From NCBI GenBank assembly GCA_041652535.1, contig JBAZHB010000003.1:573-64572 (forward strand): a stretch of DNA of 64,000 bases. Direction: 5' to 3'. The translations under genes were made by a program, and so were the position numbers. This document shows positions 1 through 9,340 of this stretch, piece by piece. The stretch is from Candidatus Babeliales bacterium. Lineage in GTDB: Bacteria; Babelota; Babeliae; Babelales; RVW-14. Numbering within the stretch: position 1 is the stretch's first letter; each line of letters starts with the position of its first letter. The notes under the pieces were generated by a model that had not been told where the DNA came from, ran no database searches, and was given only the letters and a program-made list of their open reading frames with translations.

Positions 1-105
1 CTTATCAAGAGAGTTTTCCAGCACGACGCTTACATTAATGCCACGCTCTTTCGCTTTGTTGAACTTCTCTGTATCAACGTAGACACTATGCTTCTCGCGC
101 ACCAT
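1..105 (-). CDS. Partial CDS (first 35 codons; continues past window start), ribbon-helix-helix/antitoxin-like N-terminus
   Basis: ATG 103-105 overlaps upstream stop (TAATG). Translates MVREKHSVYVDTEKFNKAKERGINVSVVLENSLDK. RHH-like by recollection only. Confidence 0.35.
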   Translation of the reverse strand, partial: MVREKHSVYVDTEKFNKAKERGINVSVVLENSLDK

Positions 106-455
106 TATAAGCACCTCGCAAGAACAGGAATGGCTTCGAGTATATCATCGATGTCTTTCACTGTGACATACTTATAGTCAAGCGTTTCACTTGCAAATGT
201 CGTTTCGTCTTTCATAAAGACACATGACATAGGCTTCACCATTATAACGCCACGCGCCTCATGTCCATGTTCGCTTCGTTCTTTTAAATTTTTACGAAGG
301 CGAATCAATTCAGGAACCATACTTAATAGATGGTTGATTTCTTCTCTGGTGTAAATCTCACCACGTAGATGTTCTACCTGTGTGCTTCCGCACATACGAA
401 GAATAGAACGGCTCTCATCAACGAACATTACATCGTCGTTAATTAATCGAATCAT
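105..455 (-). CDS. Hypothetical protein (116 aa)
   Basis: ORF track. Start overlaps stop of the MCM-like gene by 4 nt. Confidence 0.55.
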   Translation of the reverse strand: MIRLINDDVMFVDESRSILRMCGSTQVEHLRGEIYTREEINHLLSMVPELIRLRKNLKERSEHGHEARGVIMVKPMSCVFMKDETTFASETLDYKYVTVKDIDDILEAIPVLARCL

Positions 456-1579
456 TTTGCCAACTCCACTTTGTTACCAACACGACTTATCATGTTGTAT
501 CTCTGCATGTCATTCAACACGCTGTTCATCTGCTCTGCGTTCCATCCGACCATCGTACACTCTGCTGCGAGCATCTGTGTGTTCGTCTTACCACCGAGTA
601 TGCGAATCATATTCTTCATAAGCCCAAGATCAACACCGAGGTTAATCTCCAATCTCCATTCCTTTTCAAGCGTGAGGAGTCCTTTCAATTCATCGTTGAT
701 AACGAGATCGATTTTCTTCTTCGCTCCAAACTTTGCAAGGTTGTATCCGAGAATCAACTGGTCGTAGAGTGCTGCCTCGAAACTGAATATTCCCATCTTC
801 TCATAGAGAGTGAGAACTTCATCAGGATAGTTCACGCGCTCGATTGTATTCAGACTTGCGATGAAACTTTTGTTCATGTTGTTGATCTTCAGCATTTCAG
901 TCGGGTCAGGTTGGATGTTCTTCGCATTGTGACGTGCTTGCATAATCATCTTGTTATCCTTCCTCGTCGGCATGAAAAGCATGTAACAGAACCTTCGTCC
1001 TAAACCGCTAGCCATATCAATCTTCGCTGGCTGAACTCCCGTCCAAAGTGTGACACTTGTATCGAACTCGTGCATACCACAAGCCAACCGTTTCACGACA
1101 TGACCACCATCAAGGATCGTCAGTAATTGAGAATCCATCTGGTTATTAGTCGTGGACTTCATCGCTTGGGTGATACCACTGAACTCATCGACAAGCATTA
1201 ATCCGTCCTTGTAAATTTCTGCTGCTCCTGGGATAGAGCGCTGTTCTCCAAATCCATCCTTTCCCAGAGTTCCGACCAGGCCTGCTTCAGTCATTGATTG
1301 TTCATATCCAACTTTCATACCAGCGTTATTAAAGATACCAACATCTTTGTCACCAGCCATGTTCGTCAGATAATACGACTTCATAAAACCTGCTGGACTC
1401 ACGAATAGAATCGGCAGCCGAGCGTTAAGAATTTTCTTACCCTCATAGTATATCCTTCTCTTGCGATTCATGATGTTGAAATTATGAACTGCGAAGGATA
1501 TAGTGTAGAACGGGGAATACTTCTCGTAGAGGTATGCCTTCCTGTCTTTGAGTTCTTCAAGCACCATATCATAAATCAT
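452..1579 (-). CDS. mcm: MCM-like AAA+ ATPase (mini-MCM, lacks N-terminal OB/Zn domain)
   Basis: 375 aa. P-loop LFVSPAGFMKS, SMTEAGLVG, Walker B LMLVDEF and SGLGRRF Arg-finger region occur in MCM order. Confidence 0.65.
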   Translation of the reverse strand: MIYDMVLEELKDRKAYLYEKYSPFYTISFAVHNFNIMNRKRRIYYEGKKILNARLPILFVSPAGFMKSYYLTNMAGDKDVGIFNNAGMKVGYEQSMTEAGLVGTLGKDGFGEQRSIPGAAEIYKDGLMLVDEFSGITQAMKSTTNNQMDSQLLTILDGGHVVKRLACGMHEFDTSVTLWTGVQPAKIDMASGLGRRFCYMLFMPTRKDNKMIMQARHNAKNIQPDPTEMLKINNMNKSFIASLNTIERVNYPDEVLTLYEKMGIFSFEAALYDQLILGYNLAKFGAKKKIDLVINDELKGLLTLEKEWRLEINLGVDLGLMKNMIRILGGKTNTQMLAAECTMVGWNAEQMNSVLNDMQRYNMISRVGNKVELAK

Positions 1580-1597
1580 TGTTCCATCTCCTTAAAA

Positions 1598-2224
1598 TTA
1601 AATTGTATTGAGCATGGTGAGAATTTTCTTGGCTTTAATCGCACCAATGCCTTTAGTCGTTGCAAGTTCCGTTGCTGAAACTTTCGCTATCTTTGTTAAA
1701 CATCCATGCTTCAGATGGAGTTCGTTATATTGTGGTATGGTGATTCCAAGATACCTGGCGATGAGTGCTTCGGGGTGCGCCTTTGTTGGCACATTCCTAT
1801 TACCTTCATCGACATTTTCCATGTAGCCAACCATTACATTGAGAGCGTTCTTCTCATCCTCAATCCACATAATTTCAAAGTCATAACGACATGCAATATC
1901 ATCAATACACGAGTAGATAATCTTCTCGTTAATGAACTTCTTGTATCGCCGCATGGTCTTAATATAGTCTGGCAGCGAGCCAGTAATCAAGAGCATGAGT
2001 TTCATGTCGTCGAATTGGGCCATACGATTAACCTGTGACCAGATGCGTTTGTCCATGATTGAACCATAGAGGTCGCCAATCTTTTTGCGTTCACAGAGAA
2101 CTTTTGTGCTTCGGTAGTCACCCTCTTTTAATGTTTCGAGGGCGAAGGTATCTTTGGGAAAAGTTTTTTGGAGATATTTTATAATTGTCTTTGGCTCACG
2201 AGTATCTACTGCGATGTCTGTCAC
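1598..2224 (-). CDS. ERCC4 (XPF/Hef/Mus81-type) nuclease with C-terminal HhH
   Basis: VDTRE ... GDYRSTKVLCERKKIGDL matches GDxnERKx3D. C-terminal TTKGIGAIKAKKIL is HhH-like. Confidence 0.7.
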   Translation of the reverse strand: MTDIAVDTREPKTIIKYLQKTFPKDTFALETLKEGDYRSTKVLCERKKIGDLYGSIMDKRIWSQVNRMAQFDDMKLMLLITGSLPDYIKTMRRYKKFINEKIIYSCIDDIACRYDFEIMWIEDEKNALNVMVGYMENVDEGNRNVPTKAHPEALIARYLGITIPQYNELHLKHGCLTKIAKVSATELATTKGIGAIKAKKILTMLNTI

Positions 2225-2472
2225 AGAAATTCTCCAATGAGTTCATCGACTTTGGACTTGATATATCCTTCGAGGACACCCTCTTTGTATGTTGCGAATG
2301 ATTCATCACTGATGATAAATCGCAGATACTTTGGAGCGTCTGGATCAGTCCATGCTTTCAGATAATATTTATATCCGATACCGATAACTCGTTTCTCTTG
2401 GAAGTCGAGATCAATTCCTCGCTCCTCTTTAACGCTTTTAATAAGCGTCCTCATATATTCACCGACTTTCAT
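2221..2472 (-). CDS. Hypothetical protein (83 aa; start moved to internal ATG)
   Basis: AGGAAGTGA Shine-Dalgarno lies before ATG 2472. ATGA overlap with the upstream mini-ORF. Confidence 0.5.
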   Translation of the reverse strand: MKVGEYMRTLIKSVKEERGIDLDFQEKRVIGIGYKYYLKAWTDPDAPKYLRFIISDESFATYKEGVLEGYIKSKVDELIGEFL

Positions 2473-2615
2473 TCTTTCACTTCCTTTACATAATATGAGT
2501 TCATCTCTCCACACATAGGACAGAGGTACGACACACACTTGCCTTCTTGTTTCTTCACGATGGAGCCACATTTAAGGCATTTGTATTTCTGTTTGCTTTT
2601 AGTTCCTTTTGCCAC
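2469..2615 (-). CDS. Zinc-ribbon mini-protein (48 aa, GTG start)
   Basis: Hand translation VAKGTKSKQKYKCLKCGS..CPMCGEMNSYYVKEVKE. GAGGTG lies 5 nt before GTG. Stop forms ATGA with the next gene. Confidence 0.35.
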   Translation of the reverse strand: MAKGTKSKQKYKCLKCGSIVKKQEGKCVSYLCPMCGEMNSYYVKEVKE

Positions 2616-2847
2616 AGAACACCTCGACAAAGTTCAAATAGAATCCATACGCCATCGTAGGAATAATAATGAACCATGAATAAAATTCAAGCATCTTCTC
2701 ACCGAGATCATTGATAGTAACAATGACTGCATCATAGCCACCGAAGTAAGCCATATACCATATGACAAACATTAGGGCTGCGAAAAGTGCTGTCGCTAAC
2801 AACGAATAAAGGCGTATCAAATACTTGACTTGCTTCCACGTTATCAT
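2599..2847 (-). CDS. Small membrane protein (82 aa, 2 TM)
   Basis: ORF track. Two long hydrophobic segments. Confidence 0.55.
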   Translation of the reverse strand: MITWKQVKYLIRLYSLLATALFAALMFVIWYMAYFGGYDAVIVTINDLGEKMLEFYSWFIIIPTMAYGFYLNFVEVFCGKRN

Positions 2848-3443
2848 TATATCTTACCCTTTCCTAGATAGTAATTACCATCTGCGAAGATGATAACATT
2901 GGCGAGAATGAGTTCTTCTACCAGACTGTATAAGAGATTGTCCAACTGTGCATGGACGTTTCCGTGTTCACTCGGAGAGTGACAGGGAAATAGATTCTTC
3001 GGATGGTTGTCTTTCTTATTGAGGTTTATGTGATGCACATGCTCGTCGCTCGATAACTTTCTACCGATGACTTCCTCAACAACTTTACGGTATGGACGCA
3101 TCGCACCAGTGGCAACGAAGTCATGTTCGTTATAAGGAACTGGATGTGTCAATCCTTTACGGAGTTTCTCCTTCATCTTCCTCACGGAAGTAGTCGTCCG
3201 TTTCATCTCTTTTGCTATCTCCTTATTCGGAAGGTGCATCAGAGATTTGAGCATACGGATATTCGCGTATGTCCAGAACTTTGTATTGGTTGCAATACGA
3301 CGACCATTCTTTTTCAGTTTGAGAAACTTCAATCTCGTTTCGACTGACTCCTCGCTGTGACCAACCCACTTCGACAACTCGTATGGATTCATATGAGCAT
3401 ACTGTTCTCGAAGAAAAGTATCTTGGGTTTCAGTCCACTTCAT
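2847..3443 (-). CDS. HNH endonuclease with N-terminal HTH-like domain
   Basis: HVHHINLNKKDNHPKNL...HGNVH is a His-Me finger pattern. Confidence 0.7.
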   Translation of the reverse strand: MKWTETQDTFLREQYAHMNPYELSKWVGHSEESVETRLKFLKLKKNGRRIATNTKFWTYANIRMLKSLMHLPNKEIAKEMKRTTTSVRKMKEKLRKGLTHPVPYNEHDFVATGAMRPYRKVVEEVIGRKLSSDEHVHHINLNKKDNHPKNLFPCHSPSEHGNVHAQLDNLLYSLVEELILANVIIFADGNYYLGKGKI

Positions 3444-3445
3444 TG

Positions 3446-3676
3446 TTACACCCGTAAGTTCAGCACGTCAAACATATATTCAACGGTGCGGATTTTATAA
3501 ACTTTGTAAAGATACTTCTGGAAATCCATCACAGAGAATTTAGTTGAGTCGTCGATTTTGAAGTCACGAATGAAATCATCGAGAACCTTCTGAACCTGGA
3601 AGGGAGTGAGGTCAGACATACTGACATCGACCATTCCGATAGTAAAGCCGCGCTTATCCTTCACTAGATATTTCAT
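3446..3676 (-). CDS. Hypothetical protein (76 aa)
   Basis: ORF track frame. First ATG is at 3676 (track start 3682 is TTG). Confidence 0.5.
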   Translation of the reverse strand: MKYLVKDKRGFTIGMVDVSMSDLTPFQVQKVLDDFIRDFKIDDSTKFSVMDFQKYLYKVYKIRTVEYMFDVLNLRV

Positions 3677-3905
3677 CCTCAACCACCACTGGTTTCAACG
3701 TATAGTCCATTGCCTCATACGTTACAATTCCATTGTGGAACTTGAACCATCCCTTGACGCTACCATCAATGAGGATGTATTCATAAATCACTCCATCAGC
3801 ACCATCGCGGCGCTTAAGGAGAACATGCTGTGCAACGAGAGCATTGATGTGTTTATTCTTAAACGCCTCGTATGCTCGCTGCCTCTGTTTCATTGGGTTA
3901 GCCAT
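3654..3905 (-). CDS. Hypothetical protein (83 aa)
   Basis: ORF track, in the operon. Confidence 0.5.
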   Translation of the reverse strand: MANPMKQRQRAYEAFKNKHINALVAQHVLLKRRDGADGVIYEYILIDGSVKGWFKFHNGIVTYEAMDYTLKPVVVEDEISSEG

Positions 3906-4110
3906 TGTTGTTCATCTCCTTCCTTATCTTTCTCGCTGTTTCATCGAGTGCTTTCATCAAGCAGTTGATAGAACAGTAGTCAGTTTCACGGAGATAACTT
4001 TTATTAACTCCGTTGCCAACACGCGCTTGTAGACCATCGACATAGATTGTTTTCTCTGTCGGATGTTCCATACCGCAAACATTACAGATTGCTCTTTGAA
4101 CTCTTACCAT
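3898..4110 (-). CDS. Cys-containing hypothetical protein (70 aa)
   Basis: Internal ATG 4110 is preceded by GGGAG. CNVCG ... CSINC motifs. Confidence 0.45.
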   Translation of the reverse strand: MVRVQRAICNVCGMEHPTEKTIYVDGLQARVGNGVNKSYLRETDYCSINCLMKALDETARKIRKEMNNNG

Positions 4111-4240
4111 GATATGATACTCCCTGAATGATACAACGCCTGGACTTCTGCTGCTGACATGAAGTGACCACATCGAACACAGGTCAGACCTTCAGGCGAC
4201 CACTTCATCAGATGGATTCCAATGAAGCATAAAAATTTTC

Positions 4241-6406
4241 CTATGAGCATTTGCTCGCGCCACAGTTTAGGCATACTTGGCAACCTTCTTGTAAAGCATA
4301 CTTGGGGTTGTCACAACACGCTTTCTTTGATTCTGGCAGGGTCTTATTAGATGCTGCTGGAATAAAAGTTGGAGGTGTGGTACAATTCAGTTCATTGATA
4401 CAATTCAAGCGATTGATCACGTTATTAATGCTCTTGCCAATTATATCTGAACAAGATTTTCCACCAGAGGTTTTACTGGTCATCGCTGTGTTACATTTCA
4501 CACGGCTGAACTGACGCACGTAGTTCTCTGCTGGTGTGCCGTAATCAAGACCTGTGCTGATTGAACGCCCAAGACCTGCCATACTCGCAGCGCATCCACC
4601 ATTACCAGCGCCTTCGACAAACACCTTTGTTGGTGCTTCACCATCATGACCGACGATAACATAGAATGAACCGCATCCAGAGCGCACCTTATAGATGTAT
4701 GCTGGAATGACAGCCTCATAGAACTCATCCTCAACCCAGTCGATAATACCATCACCATTAATGGGAGTGGTAATCATCTGCTGCTTTGGGGATTCCTGCT
4801 TCGTCAGACAAAGCACTTCAGTTTCTCTCGAACCCGAACGATAGATAGTCAGACCTTTACATCCAAGTTTCCATGCTTCGATGATGACGGCTTTGATGTC
4901 GTCCTTCGTTGCATTGGGTTTGAGATTGATGGTTTTGCTGACTGCATTATCGGTGTGCTTCTGGAAAGCGGCTTGCATCTTGACATGGGTTAATGGTGAG
5001 ATGTCGAGCGCACTCTTGAACAACGCCTTAAACTCTTTGCAGAGTCCGACTACATCCTGTATCGTTCCCTTCTCCATGACGTGTGCTATCACTTCATCGT
5101 GAAGCACCTGATCTTCCATCGTTGCATCCCACAGAGCCGCTTCAAACAGTGGGTTGATTATGATGTGTTCTCCGAGAGTATCCTTTCTCTTATACGCCCA
5201 TGAGAACACTGGCTCAATACCACTCGACACGTTGGCAAGGATGCTGATTGTTCCTGTCGGTGCAATAGTGGTCCTGGTTGCATTGCGGTATCCTTCCTTT
5301 GCATTGAGCGCTGGATAGAAGCCGCGAGAGATTGCAAGCACCATAGACTGTCTATCTGCAATCTGTGAGATGAAACCCATAACTGAATCTGCTATCTCAA
5401 TTGCTTCCTTTGAGTCGTATGGAATCCCCATCTTTATGAGCATGTCGTGGAATCCCATAACACCAAGACCAATCTTACGAGTGGCATTGGATGCTTCTTT
5501 GATTGCTTCCAGTGGATACTTATTAGCGGTTATGACATTATCCAAGAACACAACTGCATCACGAACCACTGGTTCAAGACGGTTGTAATCAATGATACCT
5601 GAAGCAGTCACGAAGTTTGAGAGATTGATACTTCCGAGGTTGCATGATTCATTCGGAAGAAGTGGCTGCTCACCACATGGATTAGTCGCAACCATATCTC
5701 CAAGTTGAGGAGTTGGGTTGAACTTATTAATTGTATCCTTAAAGAGAATACCTGGTTCTCCGTTATTATAGATACCATCGACGATAGCATTAAGGATGTC
5801 AGAGTTTTTATTTCCTAATCCTCGCTTGTCGAGATCAAGAATCTCATTCATGAATATGTCATCAACCATGACGGAGATGTTGAAATTCTTGATTGTTCCT
5901 TCGACTGTTTTACATTTAATGAAATTGAGAATCTCTGGATGAGTGTATTCAAGCACACCCATGTTTGCACCACGACGTTTGCCACCTTGCTTGATAGCAT
6001 CAGTCGCAGCATCGAACACTTGCATGAATGAAACTACACCAGACGCAACACCACTCGTAGATTTAACTACGCTTCCTGAAGGACGAAGTGCTGTGAATGA
6101 GAAGCCAGTTCCACCACCTGTCTTGTGGACAAGAGCAGCGTTCTTAACTGCTGTGAATATACTGTCGATGCTGTCATTCACTGGAAGGACGAAGCAAGCA
6201 GATAACTGCCCATTGTCTGTGCCAGCGTTCATCAGAGTTGGTGAGTTCGGTATGAAATCCTTGTTAATCATCAAATCATAGAACATCTTCTGTTCTTTAG
6301 CGTCTGTTGCGATTGCGTTCATAACTCGCTCCACGACATCCTTCCAAGAGGATTCGTTGCCAATGCAATACCGTTCCTTCAATAGTTTATCTTCAAACTC
6401 TCCCAT
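4241..6406 (-). CDS. nrdJ: Class II (adenosylcobalamin-dependent) ribonucleotide reductase
   Basis: 721 aa. NPCGEQPL active-site loop, TIAPTGTISI, GGCAASMAGLGR (TSCPD-like) and Cys-rich C-terminal tail. Confidence 0.9.
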   Translation of the reverse strand: MGEFEDKLLKERYCIGNESSWKDVVERVMNAIATDAKEQKMFYDLMINKDFIPNSPTLMNAGTDNGQLSACFVLPVNDSIDSIFTAVKNAALVHKTGGGTGFSFTALRPSGSVVKSTSGVASGVVSFMQVFDAATDAIKQGGKRRGANMGVLEYTHPEILNFIKCKTVEGTIKNFNISVMVDDIFMNEILDLDKRGLGNKNSDILNAIVDGIYNNGEPGILFKDTINKFNPTPQLGDMVATNPCGEQPLLPNESCNLGSINLSNFVTASGIIDYNRLEPVVRDAVVFLDNVITANKYPLEAIKEASNATRKIGLGVMGFHDMLIKMGIPYDSKEAIEIADSVMGFISQIADRQSMVLAISRGFYPALNAKEGYRNATRTTIAPTGTISILANVSSGIEPVFSWAYKRKDTLGEHIIINPLFEAALWDATMEDQVLHDEVIAHVMEKGTIQDVVGLCKEFKALFKSALDISPLTHVKMQAAFQKHTDNAVSKTINLKPNATKDDIKAVIIEAWKLGCKGLTIYRSGSRETEVLCLTKQESPKQQMITTPINGDGIIDWVEDEFYEAVIPAYIYKVRSGCGSFYVIVGHDGEAPTKVFVEGAGNGGCAASMAGLGRSISTGLDYGTPAENYVRQFSRVKCNTAMTSKTSGGKSCSDIIGKSINNVINRLNCINELNCTTPPTFIPAASNKTLPESKKACCDNPKYALQEGCQVCLNCGASKCS

Positions 6407-6507
6407 TAAAACAACTCCTCGAATAAATCTTTTTCTTCTTCTTCATTCTGTTCAATAACTTCCAAACCGAGGAAGTCATAGACGAACACAAATAATGCGT
6501 CGAACAT
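6406..6507 (-). CDS. Acidic mini-protein (33 aa)
   Basis: Hand translation MFDALFVFVYDFLGLEVIEQNEEEEKDLFEELF. TAATG coupling to the nrdJ start. Confidence 0.3.
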   Translation of the reverse strand: MFDALFVFVYDFLGLEVIEQNEEEEKDLFEELF

Positions 6508-6523
6508 ACTCCCTCTAAAAAAT

Positions 6524-6766
6524 TTAGAAGTCGATCCGACCTGACGATGGGAGTCCGAATGACACACTGTAATCAGTGTATTTGTTCATCCAGTTTACGA
6601 AGTGAGGAATGTTGTAAGGCTTCTTCATGGTGATACAATATGTCTTAAACTCTGACACGTATCCACGAATCTCACGGACGACTTCATTCTTCATATCGCT
6701 GCACCTGCATTGGAAGTAAACATCGCTGTCATACATTCCATCATTTACTTTCAGTTTTATCATCAT
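6524..6766 (-). CDS. Hypothetical protein (80 aa)
   Basis: ORF track. 4-nt overlap with the upstream gene. Confidence 0.5.
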   Translation of the reverse strand: MMIKLKVNDGMYDSDVYFQCRCSDMKNEVVREIRGYVSEFKTYCITMKKPYNIPHFVNWMNKYTDYSVSFGLPSSGRIDF

Positions 6767-7548
6767 AGTTCTACCTCTTTAATATCACAAAGACCACAGT
6801 ACGAATACATTACCATCGAGCATGACCGCGGCCAGATGTTCATATCGAGAGCATCTCGAAGTGCTGCAATCTGTCGGTCAATTGTTGTCATGCTTCTCTT
6901 TGGAATGTCGTAGACCTCTGCCTTCTGAAGCACAGGGTTGATAACGCTGCACGTTGTTGCTGGAAGCGTTGGGTTTACTTCATCCCAGAGTTTCTTATAA
7001 AGCGCTGACTGCAATTTAATCTCGGCTGGCTTTATCTTCGCTCCTGTTTTGTATTCGACAATATTTACAGACTCTCCATCCTCATTCATATCAACACGGT
7101 CAATGAAACCAGTGAGATACTGCGTCGGACTTTTGAGTTTCTTTTCAACGCACAGTGGTTTCCATAATGCGTGTCCGAGTTTGTTATAGCGCTCCCATTC
7201 GTAGTCAATAAACCAACGGGCATTTTCTTTTTCTGCCTCGGTGAATTGCTTTGGGATACATTCATGCCATGCGCCAGGTTGAAGCATGTCGTTATTGATA
7301 ACGAACTTCTCCGCAAACTCATGGAACCTTGTTCCCAACTCCATCGCTGGTGTCGGAGGACTTCGGATTTTCAGAATGTAACGCTTGTAAAACTGCATCG
7401 GACAAATCGAATAGGTTGCCAACTGCGATTTACTTATGTACCACGTCGCTGAAATGTTCTTCACTTCATCTGACTTCTTATCAGTGAAGGATTCCAGCGT
7501 CGGTGGCTTTGTAAGTTTCTTCTTGAAAGCCAAATTAATCATCCTCAA
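6763..7548 (-). CDS. Cas4/RecB-family PD-(D/E)XK nuclease with 4-Cys cluster
   Basis: CPMQFY, GFIDRVD, IVEYKTG and C-terminal CSMVMYSYCGLC. Confidence 0.7.
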   Translation of the reverse strand: MRMINLAFKKKLTKPPTLESFTDKKSDEVKNISATWYISKSQLATYSICPMQFYKRYILKIRSPPTPAMELGTRFHEFAEKFVINNDMLQPGAWHECIPKQFTEAEKENARWFIDYEWERYNKLGHALWKPLCVEKKLKSPTQYLTGFIDRVDMNEDGESVNIVEYKTGAKIKPAEIKLQSALYKKLWDEVNPTLPATTCSVINPVLQKAEVYDIPKRSMTTIDRQIAALRDALDMNIWPRSCSMVMYSYCGLCDIKEVEL

Positions 7549-8266
7549 TTCTCGGTGCTACGAGTAAGGTCATTGAGAGATACTCGTTTTCCATGCTTAT
7601 CTGACATGGGAAATTAGTACCGATAGAGATTTTGATTTTCTCTGCTTTTGTTTTCTTGATAATCTTCGCAATCTTCAGAAGATAATCAAAACTGAATCCA
7701 GACCGATGCTTCGACTTCTCTCCTTTCTCGACGCTTATCATGTCGAATTCACTTTTAGTTTTCTCACGCAATTCATTCAGGGAATACAGCGTGAACTTCT
7801 TGTTATCGTATTCCAAGAATACCTTAACTGGTAAGGTTCCCTCATCGGCTCCCATCTTCTCAATGGATTCAAGGAACTCGATGTAGTCAACAGCCTGTAC
7901 CTCGATGATTGCAGGATACTCCAATGGTGGTGGGTCTTTCTGCGCTCGAAGAACTGCTTCGACGAGTGACATTATATCCCGTTCAATCTTCCCGCCTTTG
8001 AAGTGGCAATGCTGTCCGAAGTCAATCGTTATGGTTTTGGTTTTCAAAGCATTGAGTGTGCTGTAAAATTTCTGCACATCTATCGCCATACGCAGAGTTT
8101 CAGGTGTTTCAACTTTAAACTCCGCAGCGATGAATCCGACGTTTGCTACATCGGAAGAATGGAATGAAAGTTTACCATTGCCGATAACGAGTAATCCCTC
8201 GTCTGCTTGCTCTTTCAATGCGAAGAAAAACTGAAGTAATTTCTCTCGCTCAAACTCAATCTTCAT
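7535..8266 (-). CDS. pcna: PCNA-type sliding clamp
   Basis: 243 aa. FSFDYLLKIAK and C-terminal LLVAPRIEDD match the archaeal/eukaryal PCNA C-terminus. Confidence 0.75.
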   Translation of the reverse strand: MKIEFEREKLLQFFFALKEQADEGLLVIGNGKLSFHSSDVANVGFIAAEFKVETPETLRMAIDVQKFYSTLNALKTKTITIDFGQHCHFKGGKIERDIMSLVEAVLRAQKDPPPLEYPAIIEVQAVDYIEFLESIEKMGADEGTLPVKVFLEYDNKKFTLYSLNELREKTKSEFDMISVEKGEKSKHRSGFSFDYLLKIAKIIKKTKAEKIKISIGTNFPCQISMENEYLSMTLLVAPRIEDD

Positions 8267-9035
8267 ACATGACCACTTCCATCAGTTCTTCCCTCGTGAT
8301 ATACTTGGCTGCTCCTGCATATACTTTGTTAGCATCATCCATTCGCTGCTCGTAGATATGAGGGAAACCCGAATAGACTTCGATGTATCCACATTCAACT
8401 TCGAGGGCTTCAGCCATAATCTTTTGTAACGCATGGAGTCCATTGTTATTCGACAGTGACGCATCGAGCATGTCATTGCTTCGGAAGTGAGCGTTCATCC
8501 TCAACTTTCCATCGAGGATTGAGAACTGTATATCCTGAAGGCAGGGGCAATGTTCCATGAATATGTCAGTCATTGGAACCCAAGTGTGCGCCATACATCG
8601 ACGAGTGATTGGTGATTCCTTAAGGTTCTCATAGATTTGTTTTATCTGATCGAATCCTTTGTTGTCACCATTACCGACTGTTGCGATGTCATCTTCCCAA
8701 TGATAGCCACCAAGTCCTTCTTCACCCGCGACTTTTACTTTCTTCGTCACAGGATAATCGAACAAACGGTTTGGGTATGTATAGGAGTGACCAGTATTCT
8801 CAACGGTGAGAAACTTATCACAGTATTCGATGATGGACTTGCTCTTGAATTTACTCAACGCATCGCAAGTCTTTGGTTCCATGAAGGGTTTATTAATGTG
8901 TACCACGAGTGGCTCGTATAGAGTCATGGCGTTGTTCCCATATTCGGTAGGAATCAATACACCATGAGTCTTAACCATTACGACGGCTTTAATCCATGCT
9001 TGTGCAATTGAATCTGCCGTCACCATATACGCCAT
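8256..9035 (-). CDS. Thymidylate-synthase (ThyA) superfamily enzyme; dTMP synthase versus pyrimidine hydroxymethylase unresolved
   Basis: ITRRCMAHTWVP, catalytic CPCLQDIQFSI, FRSNDM..SLSNNN, PHIYE. Confidence 0.7.
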   Translation of the reverse strand: MAYMVTADSIAQAWIKAVVMVKTHGVLIPTEYGNNAMTLYEPLVVHINKPFMEPKTCDALSKFKSKSIIEYCDKFLTVENTGHSYTYPNRLFDYPVTKKVKVAGEEGLGGYHWEDDIATVGNGDNKGFDQIKQIYENLKESPITRRCMAHTWVPMTDIFMEHCPCLQDIQFSILDGKLRMNAHFRSNDMLDASLSNNNGLHALQKIMAEALEVECGYIEVYSGFPHIYEQRMDDANKVYAGAAKYITREELMEVVMYED

Positions 9036-9044
9036 TGGGCCACC

Positions 9045-9338
9045 TCAATAATGAATCTCGACTGCGCCTACGCCCTGGTCTTTGATGTATTCGATGATGA
9101 GTTCCTTAACTTCACCGAAGGATTCCAACTGCTCTGGACAACTGACTCCCATGAATATATCATCTTTGATGAAGATGTCCACGAAGATTTTCATGAATGT
9201 GAATGTCTGCTCGGTTGGCTCACCGTAGTCAATCTCGATAATAAATTCATCATTCAGTTTCTCGATGACTACATCTTCTGGGTTCATGTAGACGTGCGTT
9301 ACTGTTTCTCCAATTTTGTTCTTTAAGTGTTCTGTCAT
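9045..9338 (-). CDS. Acidic hypothetical protein (97 aa)
   Basis: ORF track. Confidence 0.55.
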   Translation of the reverse strand: MTEHLKNKIGETVTHVYMNPEDVVIEKLNDEFIIEIDYGEPTEQTFTFMKIFVDIFIKDDIFMGVSCPEQLESFGEVKELIIEYIKDQGVGAVEIHY

Positions 9339-9340
9339 AA

